DNA from: Octopus vulgaris
Taxonomy: Eukaryota
NCBI GenBank assembly: GCA_951406725.2
Contig: OX597833.1
Location: 34,968,001-35,032,000, forward strand
Length of the DNA stretch: 64,000 nucleotides
Reading direction: 5' to 3'
Part shown: positions 26,465-37,182 of the stretch, one piece after another
Numbering within the stretch: position 1 is the first letter of the stretch
How the letters are laid out: each line of letters starts with the position of its first letter
Program-made: the position numbers and the translations under genes
Notes under the pieces: model-generated
What the model saw: only the letters and a program-made list of their open reading frames with translations
What the model was told of the DNA's origin: nothing
Database searches by the model: none

Positions 26465-26733
26465 CAGTGTTTACCAACCTATTTTACCCCCAGGGCCCAC
26501 TATAACTTGTTGGAAAAAAGAACAACAAAACTTTACTTTTAATATTTTACCACAATTATTTAATAATCTTTCATTAAGAACCGAGTACAGCAAAAAAAAA
26601 TACATTATGGATTAAGAAAAATAAGTGAATCAGTTTAATGAAAACCTTGTGCCTGGTGACTACAGCACCACGCCCCACCACAAGTTTTCCAGGCCCCACC
26701 GGTGGGGCATATACACCACATTGAGAATCACTG
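26465..26733. mobile_element. Degenerate hAT (Charlie-like) MITE
   Basis: CAGTGTTTACCAAC / ATTGAGAATCACTG ends; partial TSD CCCTAGAT / TTCAAGAT. Confidence 0.7.
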
Positions 26734-26948
26734 TTCAAGATATTCTATGCTTGAAAAAGAAAAAAAAAAAAAAAAAAGAATAGATGGTCATAGCAGTAAT
26801 TCTTTTGATCGAACAACAAAACATAAATAAAAATCCAGAATCTTATACAGAAATACGTTCCGTATTGTCACATTGCTGTGAGAAGCAGTTGGTGGGCAGT
26901 TATTTCCCTTATGATGCATATCGTCATTTAATTCTCAACTGCTATCAC

Positions 26949-26984
<36 letters not shown>

Positions 26985-27392
26985 CACTTTTTTTTATCTT
27001 TTATTTGTTTTAGGCATTAGACTGCGGCCATGTTGGGGCACCGCCTTGAGGTCGAATGAGTCGACCCCAGTGCTTATTTTTTTAAAAGTCTGGTTCTTAT
27101 TCTATCGTTCTCTTTTGCCGAATCGTTAAGCTTTTGGGTATGTAATGACATTCACATCGGTTGTCAAATGGTGGAGGGACACACACACACGTACGTACGT
27201 ATGTATGTATGTATGTATGTATGTATGTATGTATGTATGTATGTATGTATGTATGTATGTATGTATGTTTGTATGTATGTATGTATGTAAGTATGTATGT
27301 AAGTATGTATGTATGTATGGATGGATGGATGGATGGATTGTGAGTGTATGTATATGCGTCTATGTATATGTATATGTGTATGTATGTATATT

Positions 27393-27473
<81 letters not shown>

Positions 27474-27475
27474 TG

Positions 27476-27627
27476 TGTTGTATGGTAATAAGCTTACTTC
27501 TCAACCACATGGTTCCCGGTTCAGTCCCACTGCATGGCACCTTGGGCAAATGTCTTCTACTATAGCCTCGGGCCGACCAAAGCCTTGTAAGTGGATTTGG
27601 TTGACGGAAATTGAAATAAACCTGCCG

Positions 27628-27707
<80 letters not shown>

Positions 27708-27870
27708 TGTGTGTCTGTGTTGGTGTGTTTACGTCCCCGTAACTTTGCGGTTTGACAAAAGATATCGTTAGAATAAGTACTAGGCTTACAAAGAATAAGT
27801 CCTGGGGTCGATTTGTTCGACTAAAACCTTTGAAGACGGTGCTCCAGCATGGCTGCAGTCAAATGACTGA

Positions 27871-27875
<5 letters not shown>
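27476..27875 (+). mobile_element. SINE family A (a further minus-strand tail lies at 26995-27180)
   Basis: GGTTCAGTCCCACTGCATGGCACCTTGGGCAAATG...CCAGCATGGCTGCAGTCAAATGACTGAAAC. Confidence 0.92.
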
Positions 27876-27901
<26 letters not shown>

Positions 27902-27948
27902 GTTTTCTACACCACCTGTTTTCGTCTCTTTTTTTTTTCGTGAACTCT

Positions 27949-28007
<59 letters not shown>

Positions 28008-28225
28008 ATAATAAAATAGGGTAATAATAAATTATTATTACCAGTGGCCTAGCACAAAAAACGAATTAGTCATTAGACTATATATTATTCATATAGAAAT
28101 ACAGTAAGAGGCTTCCAAATAGGAAAGCGTTGTGCTAGAAAGAGCAGTAGAAATCTCAAAAACCACAAAAAAGGATAAATTCACGAAAGGAATGAAAATT
28201 AAAAACGTTTACCATCTCAACTATT

Positions 28226-28295
28226 TCTCAGACCGCGGTTTCTAACTATTTCCAACAAAAAAATATTCGCTGAAGGCCAGTTTTCTTCAGTGGGA
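28226..28295 (-). ncRNA. Type I hammerhead ribozyme, slightly decayed
   Basis: Minus strand TCCCA-CTGAAGA-[long stem II AACT...AGTT]-GAAAC-CGCG-GTC-TGAGA; palindromic stem III ACCGCGGT; GUC site; one mismatch in stem I and one at the base of stem II. Confidence 0.75.
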
Positions 28296-28563
28296 CAGCC
28301 TTTAGATTTCAGACATACAGACCGCCAGATCCACATGTAGAACTAACGGTTTGTTAATCTTAACTTTTCAAACCACTGCGCAGACGCAGATTATACCCGG
28401 CGAAGGAGAGGATGCAGGTAAAAATTACGAACAAATTTATCAAACAATATTTAAACATAATAAAATAGGGTAATAATAAATTATTATTACCAGTGGCCTA
28501 GCACAAAGAACGAATTAGTCATTAGACTATTTGGAAGCCTCTTTCTGTATTTCTATATATATA

Positions 28564-28622
28564 TATCGCTGAAGAGGGGAAAATTCTTATGAATTAACCC
28601 CGAAATTGGGACCAATACGGTA
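28564..28622 (+). ncRNA. Type I hammerhead ribozyme with a canonical core
   Basis: TATCG-CTGAAGA-GGGG(aaaattcttatgaattaa)CCCC-GAA-ATTGG-ga-CCAAT-A-CGGTA: all three helices pair; AUA cleavage triplet. Confidence 0.85.
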
Positions 28623-28841
28623 ATAACGGATTTTTTAGAAATTTCTATCGGTTTGTTTCGAGGCGCATAAATTATAATGGTTATTGACAATTTTTGTCTT
28701 TTTTTCGGCATATTTGGCATTAGAATTTTTCTTTTGCCCTTATCTTGTAAATTATTTATAAATTTAACCTTTAAAGGTATTTTTTGATATGCTGGCCATT
28801 GATAAAATTTTTTTCCCGAAAAATTTTTTATCCTACATTAG

Positions 28842-28891
<50 letters not shown>

Positions 28892-28909
28892 GTATTTATA
28901 TATACAAAT

Positions 28910-29062
28910 ATACGACTGTTTCCGTCTACCAAATCCACTCATAAGGTCGGTCCGAGGTTATTGTAGAAGACACTTGACCAAGGTGTCACGCGGTGAAACT
29001 GAACCTGGAATTATGTGGTTGTGAAGCAAACTACTTAGCACACAACCACCATCTGCGCCTAT
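28910..29062 (-). mobile_element. SINE family A 5' half
   Basis: GTTTCCGTCTACCAAATCCACTCA...CTGCGCCTATA. Confidence 0.85.
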
Positions 29063-29094
29063 AACTACACCATGCCTCTCCCTATAGGTGAAAT

Positions 29095-29213
29095 TCTTAC
29101 AGCATCTAGGTTTCCCAAGTGGTTACCCTTTTAACTACTAACTAGGCTTGATGTTGCTTAGTTTCGGCCATCGGACGAGAACTTATGCTTTCAACGTGAT
29201 ATGACCGTAAGAC
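29095..29213 (-). pseudogene. Full-length dispersed 5S rRNA pseudogene
   Basis: Minus strand GTCTTACGGTCATATCACGTTGAAAGCATAAGTTCTCGTCCGATGGCCGAAACTAAGCAAC...GGGTAACCACTTGGGAAACCTAGATGCTGTAAG is colinear with the metazoan/molluscan 5S sequence as I recall it, with many substitutions. Confidence 0.88.
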
Positions 29214-29299
29214 ATATGAATAACAATAAATGTATAAAGAAAAATTACACTAACTTCCTGAAGCTAGTTGTTCAATCTTACTGATAGAAAATAAAATAT

Positions 29300-30025
29300 T
29301 GATTTCAAATTTTGGCACCAAGCCAGAAATTTCGGGGATGGGGCAAAGTCGGTTAGATCGCCTCTGGTATTCAACTGGTACTTATTTTATCGATCCTGAA
29401 GGGATGAAATGTTGCCCAGAGTGCTAACGGTTCTGCCAGCTCGCTGCCCTATTAAGAAGTAGAGTAATAATTTTTTCTACTATACACATAAGGCGTGAAA
29501 TTTTAGGGGAGGAGTAAGTCAATTACATCAACCCCAGTACTCAATTGGTACTTATTTTATCGACCACGAAAGGATGAAAGTCAAAGTCGACCTCGGCCGA
29601 ATTTGAGCTAACTATTCTGCTTGCTCACCGCCTTGGCTTATGTTTAAATAATTATTTCTACTCTAAGCACAAGACCTTGAACATTTTGGGAGGAATGAGG
29701 ATAGTCAATTACATCGACCCCAGTGCGTAACTGGTACTTATTTAATCGACCCCGAAAAGATGAAAGGCAAAGTCGACCTCGGTGGAATTTGAACTCAGAA
29801 CGTAGCAGCAAACGAAACCACTAAGCATTTCGCCCGGCGTGCTAACGATTCTGCCAGCTCGCCGCTTTGGCTTATGTTTAAATAATGAGTAAATATATAT
29901 GCTGCTACGGTAAAATGTAAGACAAAATTGACATCGGTGGGTTTGAACTCAGAACATAAAGTGTCGGAAGAAATATCCGAAGCAGTATGTTTCACACACA
30001 ACCGATCCTGTCAGCTAGCTACCTT
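29300..30025 (-). mobile_element. Cluster of four head-to-tail SINE family B units
   Basis: Repeated GGTACTTATTTTATCGA and CTGCCAGCTCGCC motifs; GGCTTATGTTTAAATAAT duplicated at about 29635 and 29869. Confidence 0.85.
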
Positions 30026-30861
30026 AGCAATATTAATAATAATGACAATAAATCGGGAGTGTCTTCTAGTTTGACCTGCTTGTTCTGCAACGAGAAGCTG
30101 TATAGCTCCCTGTGGGACGCCACTTCTGCGACCGAGACCTTACTCAGTGCTGCTACTGTGGTTGGGGTTGTTTTATGTTTTACCATTGTTGTTCTTTCAC
30201 CGCCAGTTTCTCTGCTGCTGTAGTTGTTGTTGCTGAAGGAGCTTTTGTTGCTGTTGCAACAACTGCTGCTACTGCTACCGTTGTTGCTGTTACCACTGCT
30301 GCTAATGCTACTGCTACCATTTTTGCTGCTGCCACTGCTGCTATTCCGTCATTACTATCATTGCTGCCGCTATTGCTGCTACTGCTAGTATTTTTCTTAA
30401 TGTTGTTGTTGCTGCAGTTATAGTTGTTAGAAATGCAATTGTCAATCAAAGCGGTATCAGTGGCGCAATTTTTTTTTTTGAACAATGGAATTTCAGCGAG
30501 GGAAAGTCCACCTCTGTCTTGAGCGGAGTGGTGATGGTGGTGGTGGTGGGGAAACCTTGATACGTTTTGCATCTGTCTACAGATTCACCTCCAACCTCTG
30601 CCTTCAGTTCACTTGCTGTGCAAGCCAATGCCAATTATAGAAAAAAGAAAATATGATTTTCAAAACAAAATTTGAAACATTTTACAACAAATTTGAGCTC
30701 CAAAGAAACAAGAAAACAAACAACAACAACAACAACAACAGGGAAATCAACCTACTCCGTGGGATTTTGATTAGATTAAGAAGACGGCATGTAACAAAAA
30801 TTTAACAATATATATAGAAGTAAACAAATTCATGCCGATCTGGACTTCTTGCCGATACGAA

Positions 30862-30883
30862 CATAATAATAATAATAATAATA

Positions 30884-30981
<98 letters not shown>

Positions 30982-30985
30982 GATA

Positions 30986-31046
<61 letters not shown>

Positions 31047-31057
31047 TAATAATGATA

Positions 31058-31102
<45 letters not shown>

Positions 31103-31140
31103 TTGATAGTGATAATGATAATGATAATAATAATAATAAC

Positions 31141-31191
<51 letters not shown>

Positions 31192-31219
31192 TATGATAAT
31201 GATAATAATAATAATGATG

Positions 31220-31272
<53 letters not shown>

Positions 31273-31300
31273 GATAATAATAATAACAACAACAATAATA
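30862..31300. repeat. (AAT)/(GAT) trinucleotide array
   Basis: Directly visible; source of the poly-N, poly-I and poly-L ORFs. Confidence 0.97.
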
Positions 31301-31792
31301 TGTACATTGTTTTGTCTTGGTATAAAAGATGGGCTACAACAGATATTCTGCTCAATACTACAGATTTGCTTGTCTGTTGTTTGACCATAACCAGTTGAGC
31401 ATGTCCCTTAATGACTGACGATATGTGCATCTCTGATCATGAGCAGAAGTAGTAGGGGAGCATCATAGCCAAGTGTTGAAAGGAATTCTCTGGAGTTTGG
31501 ATAATTCACCTCTGGAAACATGGGTGTTTCGTTCATCATCCCTGAACAACTCTTTTTCAGGGACCTTTGAGCGGTATGGTCTACTCAACCTGAAGAAAAT
31601 TCTAAATGGGCTCCACCTGCAAAGCTGTGCACTGCCTATCTTGATATGAGATCACCATGTCGCGCACATATGGTTGTGATGCATGTGCCTAGTGTACCCT
31701 TATCAGACGTGTAGTCATGATTAGTATACTGAGCTTCGTATACTGTACCCCAGTGTCACTTTAATAGCATGCACTGCTCTCTCACTCACTAA
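31300..31792 (+). mobile_element. Unclassified (AAT)n-associated interspersed repeat
   Basis: Homologous in reverse to 40990-41230; both copies end CTCTCACTCA.TAATAAT. Confidence 0.75.
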
Positions 31793-31814
31793 TAATAATA
31801 TTAATAATCTTTTT

Positions 31815-32228
31815 AATATAGGCACAATTTGAGGGAGGGAGATAGTCGGTTACATCGACCCAGTGTTTCCCTGGTACTTAATTTATCGACCCGAAAGGAT
31901 GAAAGGTAAAGTCGACCTCGGTGGAATTTGAACTCAGAACGTAAAGACGGACGAAATACCCCTAAGCATCTTGCCCTGCATGCTAACGATTCTGTCAGCT
32001 CGCCACCTTCAATAATAACAATGATAATAATATTGGTTTCAAATTTTTCCATAGGGTTAGCAATTTTGGGAGAGGGGATGAGTCTATTACATTGACCCCA
32101 GTGTTCAACCGGTACTTATTTTATCGACTCCGAAAGGATGAAAGGTAAAGTCGACCTCGGCGGAATTTGAACTCAGAACGTAGCAACGAGTGAAATGCCA
32201 CTAAGCATTTCATCCAGCGCGCTAACGA
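31815..32228 (-). mobile_element. Two tandem SINE family B copies
   Basis: AAAGTCGACCTCGG.GGAATTTGAACTCAGAACGTA occurs twice, each with a head. Confidence 0.92.
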
Positions 32229-32817
32229 TTCTGCCAGCTCGCCACCTTAATAATGATAACATCAACAAAAACAACAACAATAGTTTCTTTATTGGCGATA
32301 ATAGCCTACCATATAACCCAAGAGCATGTCATACAGTACGACTGAAAATCTTGTGTGAATGTAAATATACAACAAACGGGAGTAGGGTAAAAACCTGATA
32401 AAAAAATGAAAATCCGAAAATTAAACGCAATGTGTATAAACAAATAAAGGGACTAGCATTTAATTGGTTTGGGAACTGCTCTCTAAAGAGAGTCAGAGCA
32501 CCCCAAGTCTCAAATTATTTCTCACGCCAAAAGATCTTTGACCTTTCTTTTCTACAGCTTACAAGCATCATTCAGATAGTTGCGCCTTTCGCTCTTCGTT
32601 TTTCTGAAGTTAGACGTGAGAGAGCTCAGTTTTTCAGCAAACTGTACCACTCTCTCACTAGGGAGTGCTTTTATTAGTTGTCAATAGGTTGATTGTACAG
32701 TTTTAGTAATAATCTCTATTTTTTTAGGGTTTTGGTAATATCCGTTTTAGCTCCTCCCCAACTAGAACAATATAATTTATTTTCATTTTAGTTTTCAGCA
32801 TTACAATTGGTCCCATA

Positions 32818-33239
32818 CAGGGTCAGATTAAGACCCATAGAGGCCCTAAGCACTTAAAAAAAATTGGTGCCCCCCTATATATGTAATTAGAAATGTAAAC
32901 AATAATAAACCATAAAATAATTTTTTATTTTTCAGAATGAAACAAAACTAACTGTAAGACAGAAAAAAACCGTATATTTTCGTTTACTGTCACTTTATTT
33001 ATATTTGAAAAGTTTTCTCCAGCTTCTTAATTGCAAAGTCTTTGACCATATCCTCAAAATTAAACTTATGTAACACTGTTGCTTCTATTCTAACTAGAGA
33101 TAAAACCTTCCGAATATAATTTTAGTAAGTTTAAAGTGATTTCTTTTGTGCCGTAAACCATTTACCATTTCTGTGGTGTCCCCCTTCCATTGATGCCCTA
33201 AGCATGTGCTTATTTTGTTTAATGCTTAATGCAGCACTG
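32818..33239 (-). mobile_element. Internally deleted hAT element retaining the transposase C-terminus
   Basis: CAG...CTG termini related to the 22277 MITE; TSD GTCCCATA / GTCCCACA; minus strand about 33105-33015 reads LSLVRIEATVLHKFNFEDMVKDFAIKK (end of the hAT dimerisation domain). Confidence 0.85.
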
Positions 33240-34060
33240 GTCCCACAGTATCCTTCCAGAAAACTATGGAGTCAAGTATTACAAGCAGACAAATCCCTTT
33301 CCGTGCTTATTGTTTTTCCTAAAGCCCCTTTATTCTCTTTCTATGCTATTCAATCAATATCCATTTTCTCTAATACCTCCTCGTCACGCATGGACAAGAA
33401 ATGAAGTGCAGAGTCGCCGGCTGGTTCTCTATTGATGACTGGTGAAAAACACGACACACAAAGCCGTGTTACTCTGAAACGGCTGCGAAAAATTCCGTTT
33501 TTCAGTCCTTGCGTCAGTCAGCAGTTGCAATGTTATCTTCAGTTCAATTAGTCATATCACTTTCATCAGTCCCATCCACAGTCCCATCCACGTAATGCAT
33601 AGTAACAATTTGATACATGTGATTAATGACAAATATATCTACGAACACCAACGCGCACGCAAATACACACACGCACACACACACACAGACACACGTACAC
33701 ACAAACACACGCACACGCACACTCACACTCACACACACACACACACATGCACACTCACACACACACAAGTTTTAATCAAGAGCATTATTAAATAGTAACT
33801 TCGAAGTTTCGGGTTTCTGCCAGTTACGCCATCATCCAACGAAGTTTCTTGTTCAAGAATAATAAATCTGTACTCTATAAGAGTATAAATAACTTATCAG
33901 ATTAATGTAAAATAGCTTTATTACAAATGATCATAAAAGCAAACAATAACACACACATAGACACACAGACACACAGACACACATTCGCGCACGCGCAATC
34001 ACAGATGCACACATTAGATAATAGGATCCACTTGCAATAACTTTATATATATATATATAC

Positions 34061-34315
34061 TAAAAATTTGGAAGGCCGGTTTATGGGATTACCTTATGTT
34101 TCCCGTCCATAGATGGTTTAGCTTTATGGCGTATCGTCATATCCCAAAAAACTGTTGGCCCATACATCTTAAAAGTATAGAGGGGGAATGCCGCTATATT
34201 ATTAAGAGGTCATGGGCCAACAGGTTTAGGGAATCTGATGATAAGCCATAAGGCTAAACCCATTATGGACGGGAAATCTAAAGTAATCCCATAAACCGGC
34301 TTTCCCCATTTTTTA
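34061..34315. repeat. About 255-bp imperfect palindrome flanked by TA runs
   Basis: GCCGGTTTATGGGATTAC...CTGTTGGCCCAT mirrored by ATGGGCCAACAG...GTAATCCCATAAACCGGC. Confidence 0.92.
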
Positions 34316-34385
34316 TATATACTGCTTTACATCTTAGAGTCTGCTTCTCCTTTCGGATTTATGTATTTTTACAAACGTGATGTAT

Positions 34386-34432
<47 letters not shown>

Positions 34433-34512
34433 CATATAGGAAAATGTGTTGTTGAAAATGCACTTAAATTTCAAAATCTCGTAAATGTTTAAAATACATT
34501 TATTTACATATA

Positions 34513-34554
34513 TACCAAACTAGTTTCAACAATATTTTTTGTTTATCAATGGTA
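34513..34554 (-). ncRNA. Decayed type I hammerhead ribozyme
   Basis: Minus strand TACCA-TTGATAA-ACAA...TTGT-T-GAAAC-TA-GTT-TGGTA: perfect stem I, palindromic stem III ACTAGT, core CUGAUGA mutated at 2 positions. Confidence 0.55.
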
Positions 34555-34870
34555 AAAGTGTAAAATTAGAAAAACATCGTTATAAGTTTCAATGTTGAGA
34601 AATCAAAATGTTTCAATGTTGACAAACTAAAATGTTTCAATGTTGATAAATTAAAATGTTTTAATGTTGCTATAGCAAGAAGGGACTTAACTCATGTTAG
34701 CAAACTTCATGTTAGCAAAATCTGAAAATAGATTTTTACTGCTATCCACGGGTGCCTCGGGAAAAAATAAGTTAACAAAACCCAGATAGGGTGATGACGA
34801 ATGTCCTCCTAAAATTGGAGCGACATGCGTGCTAATTTGTGGACGTGCATAAGCTACATTCACGCACACC

Positions 34871-34924
<54 letters not shown>

Positions 34925-35149
34925 TCCTGCTTCTTATATATACAGATATTGGTCTAGTTTACGTTTCCCCTAATTGTTGTTCAAGCTTCATTCACTATCG
35001 CATGTTTTGCCATTCTTGCCAATTGTATGTCATATGTATACTTGTGCATATACCCTTTAGGAAAATATGACGCAATAATGTCAAACCAATTTGAAACATG
35101 CTTAGAGATAACGTGTTTGCACCAGTATATATATATATTTATTTATATA

Positions 35150-35308
35150 AAAGTTTTTATTCTGTCTGTTCATTTCCTCGCGTTCCTTTCTGTTGAAGAG
35201 CGTAAGCACGAAACGTAAAAGACTTTCTCACCTCGAGCGTCAAGCTAATGCACCGGCTTATTGTTTATACACCTGTCTTCGTCTTTTGTTTTTCTGTAAA
35301 TTTCAACT
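35150..35308 (+). mobile_element. Solo Penelope pLTR end (same family as 9503-9650) with a hammerhead motif at 35186-35221
   Basis: CTTT-CTGTTGA-A-GAGC-GTAA-GCAC-GAAACGTA-AAAG; ends AATTTCAAC|(TA)n like the 9.5-kb copy. Confidence 0.8.
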
Positions 35309-35340
35309 ATATATATACATATATATGTATATATATATAT

Positions 35341-35484
<144 letters not shown>

Positions 35485-35490
35485 TATATA

Positions 35491-35523
<33 letters not shown>

Positions 35524-35556
35524 ATCTATCTATCTATCTATATATATATATATATA

Positions 35557-35682
35557 GTTATGAAAAAAGGAGGTCGAATTAATTAATTATTAATAAATTC
35601 GACCAAGCAGTATTCGGTATGTAAAGACCATTTACGGTATATTATATACGGTATAATTAATTCGACCCCCTTTTTTCATAAC
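35557..35682. repeat. Short foldback island inside (TA)n
   Basis: 29-bp inverted arms GTTATGAAAAAAGGAGGTCGAATTAATTA / TAATTAATTCGACCCCCTTTTTTCATAAC. Confidence 0.9.
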
Positions 35683-35688
35683 AATTAA

Positions 35689-35719
<31 letters not shown>

Positions 35720-35724
<5 letters not shown>

Positions 35725-36142
35725 GTAGGAGTGGCTGTATGGTTAGTAGCTTGCTTACGAACTACATGGTTCCGGGTTCAGTCCCACTGCATGGCACCTT
35801 GGGCAAGTGTCTTCTGCTATAGTTACGGGCCGACCAAAGCCTTGTGAGTGGATTTGGTAGACGGAAACTAAAAGAAGCCCGTCGTATATATGTATATATA
35901 TATGTGTGTGTGTATGTGTGTGTTTGTGTGTCTGTGTTTTCACCCCCCTCCAACATCGCTTGACAACCGATGCTGGCGTGTTTACGTCTCCGTAACCTAG
36001 CGGTTCGGCAAAAGTGACCGATAAAATAAGTACTAGCTTACAAAGAATAAGTCCTGGACTCGATTTGCTCGACTAAAGGCGTTGCTCCAGCATGGCCACA
36101 GTCAAATGACTGAAACAATTAAAAGAGTAAAGAGTAAAGAGT
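35720..36142 (+). mobile_element. SINE family A, full length
   Basis: Head to (AAAGAGT)n tail colinear with 51373-51805. Confidence 0.94.
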
Positions 36143-36605
36143 ATATATATATATAGGAATAAACAACAAAAGTAAATCTAATGTAATTAAGAGGTCAATT
36201 AGCCGGTCGTTAAACTTCAAAACGTTTAATACATTTCTCTAAATCCAAGTGCGATGAACTTCATACTTACTTTTCAATATTCATAACTGGCTAATACGAT
36301 TTGTAAGAGAACCTCCCCAGCACCCATCCCCACTCACTCACTCACTGGCAATTGTTTCATTGAAGTTTGTTAAATTTCATTGAACGGGCTCTATGATCTG
36401 AAATGGCAGATATGATGTTTATTTGTAAAGCTATATGATTTTCTTAAAATGGAAGCAGCAGACGACGATTGCGCCATATTGTTTCATTGCTGTAACGTGT
36501 TATATATGCATTGATTATAATCCTTCTTATTCAACAAATCGTTGATTTATGTCCTCTTTTGTATAAGATGTTATTGAACAGCATTTTCTATTTAGAATTT
36601 TAAAG

Positions 36606-36704
<99 letters not shown>

Positions 36705-37126
36705 CTTCTGTCCATCTTACAATAGCTCACCTTCCTTTCACATATTCTTACCCTCTTTGTCACTCACTCAATCCCCTTTTTTCCCATTCTCCCAAATGCT
36801 GTCTCCATTTTAATATCTTAATTCTTCCGTTCTCAATTTAACATCCTCCTTTCTACACTTCTCTCTCCCTCTCTTTCACTCTCCTTCTCTCTCTCTCTCT
36901 CCCTTCTTTTATCTGTTTCTCTGATTCATATATTCTTATGCACAACATACACACATGCACACACGTACATACACACACACGCACACATGCACACACGAAC
37001 ACATACGCGCACGCGCACCCCCCCCCCACACTGACGCACACACACACATGCACACAAACATATTCTTTAACTTATTTGTATATCGTTATAAATTCCATCA
37101 ACACCACGGGTACAACCAAGTCTGCA

Positions 37127-37182
<56 letters not shown>

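Larger units (their letters stand above)
28003..28843. mobile_element. (TA)n-embedded composite of two hammerhead-bearing Penelope-pLTR-like units in opposite orientation
   Basis: 79-bp direct repeat 28003-28081 / 28452-28530; 32-bp inverted repeat 28091-28122 / 28527-28558; hammerheads at 28226-28295(-) and 28564-28622(+); (TA)n on both sides. Confidence 0.75.

Noticed and set aside
30180-30634. His/Ser/Ala-rich minus-strand ORFs that look protein-like
   Set aside because: Mostly degenerate trinucleotide repeat; needs frameshifts; no clear splice acceptor or recognisable domain
33432-33478. C/D snoRNA-like TGATGA...CTGA
   Set aside because: Only about 45 nt, with no terminal stem or recognisable guide
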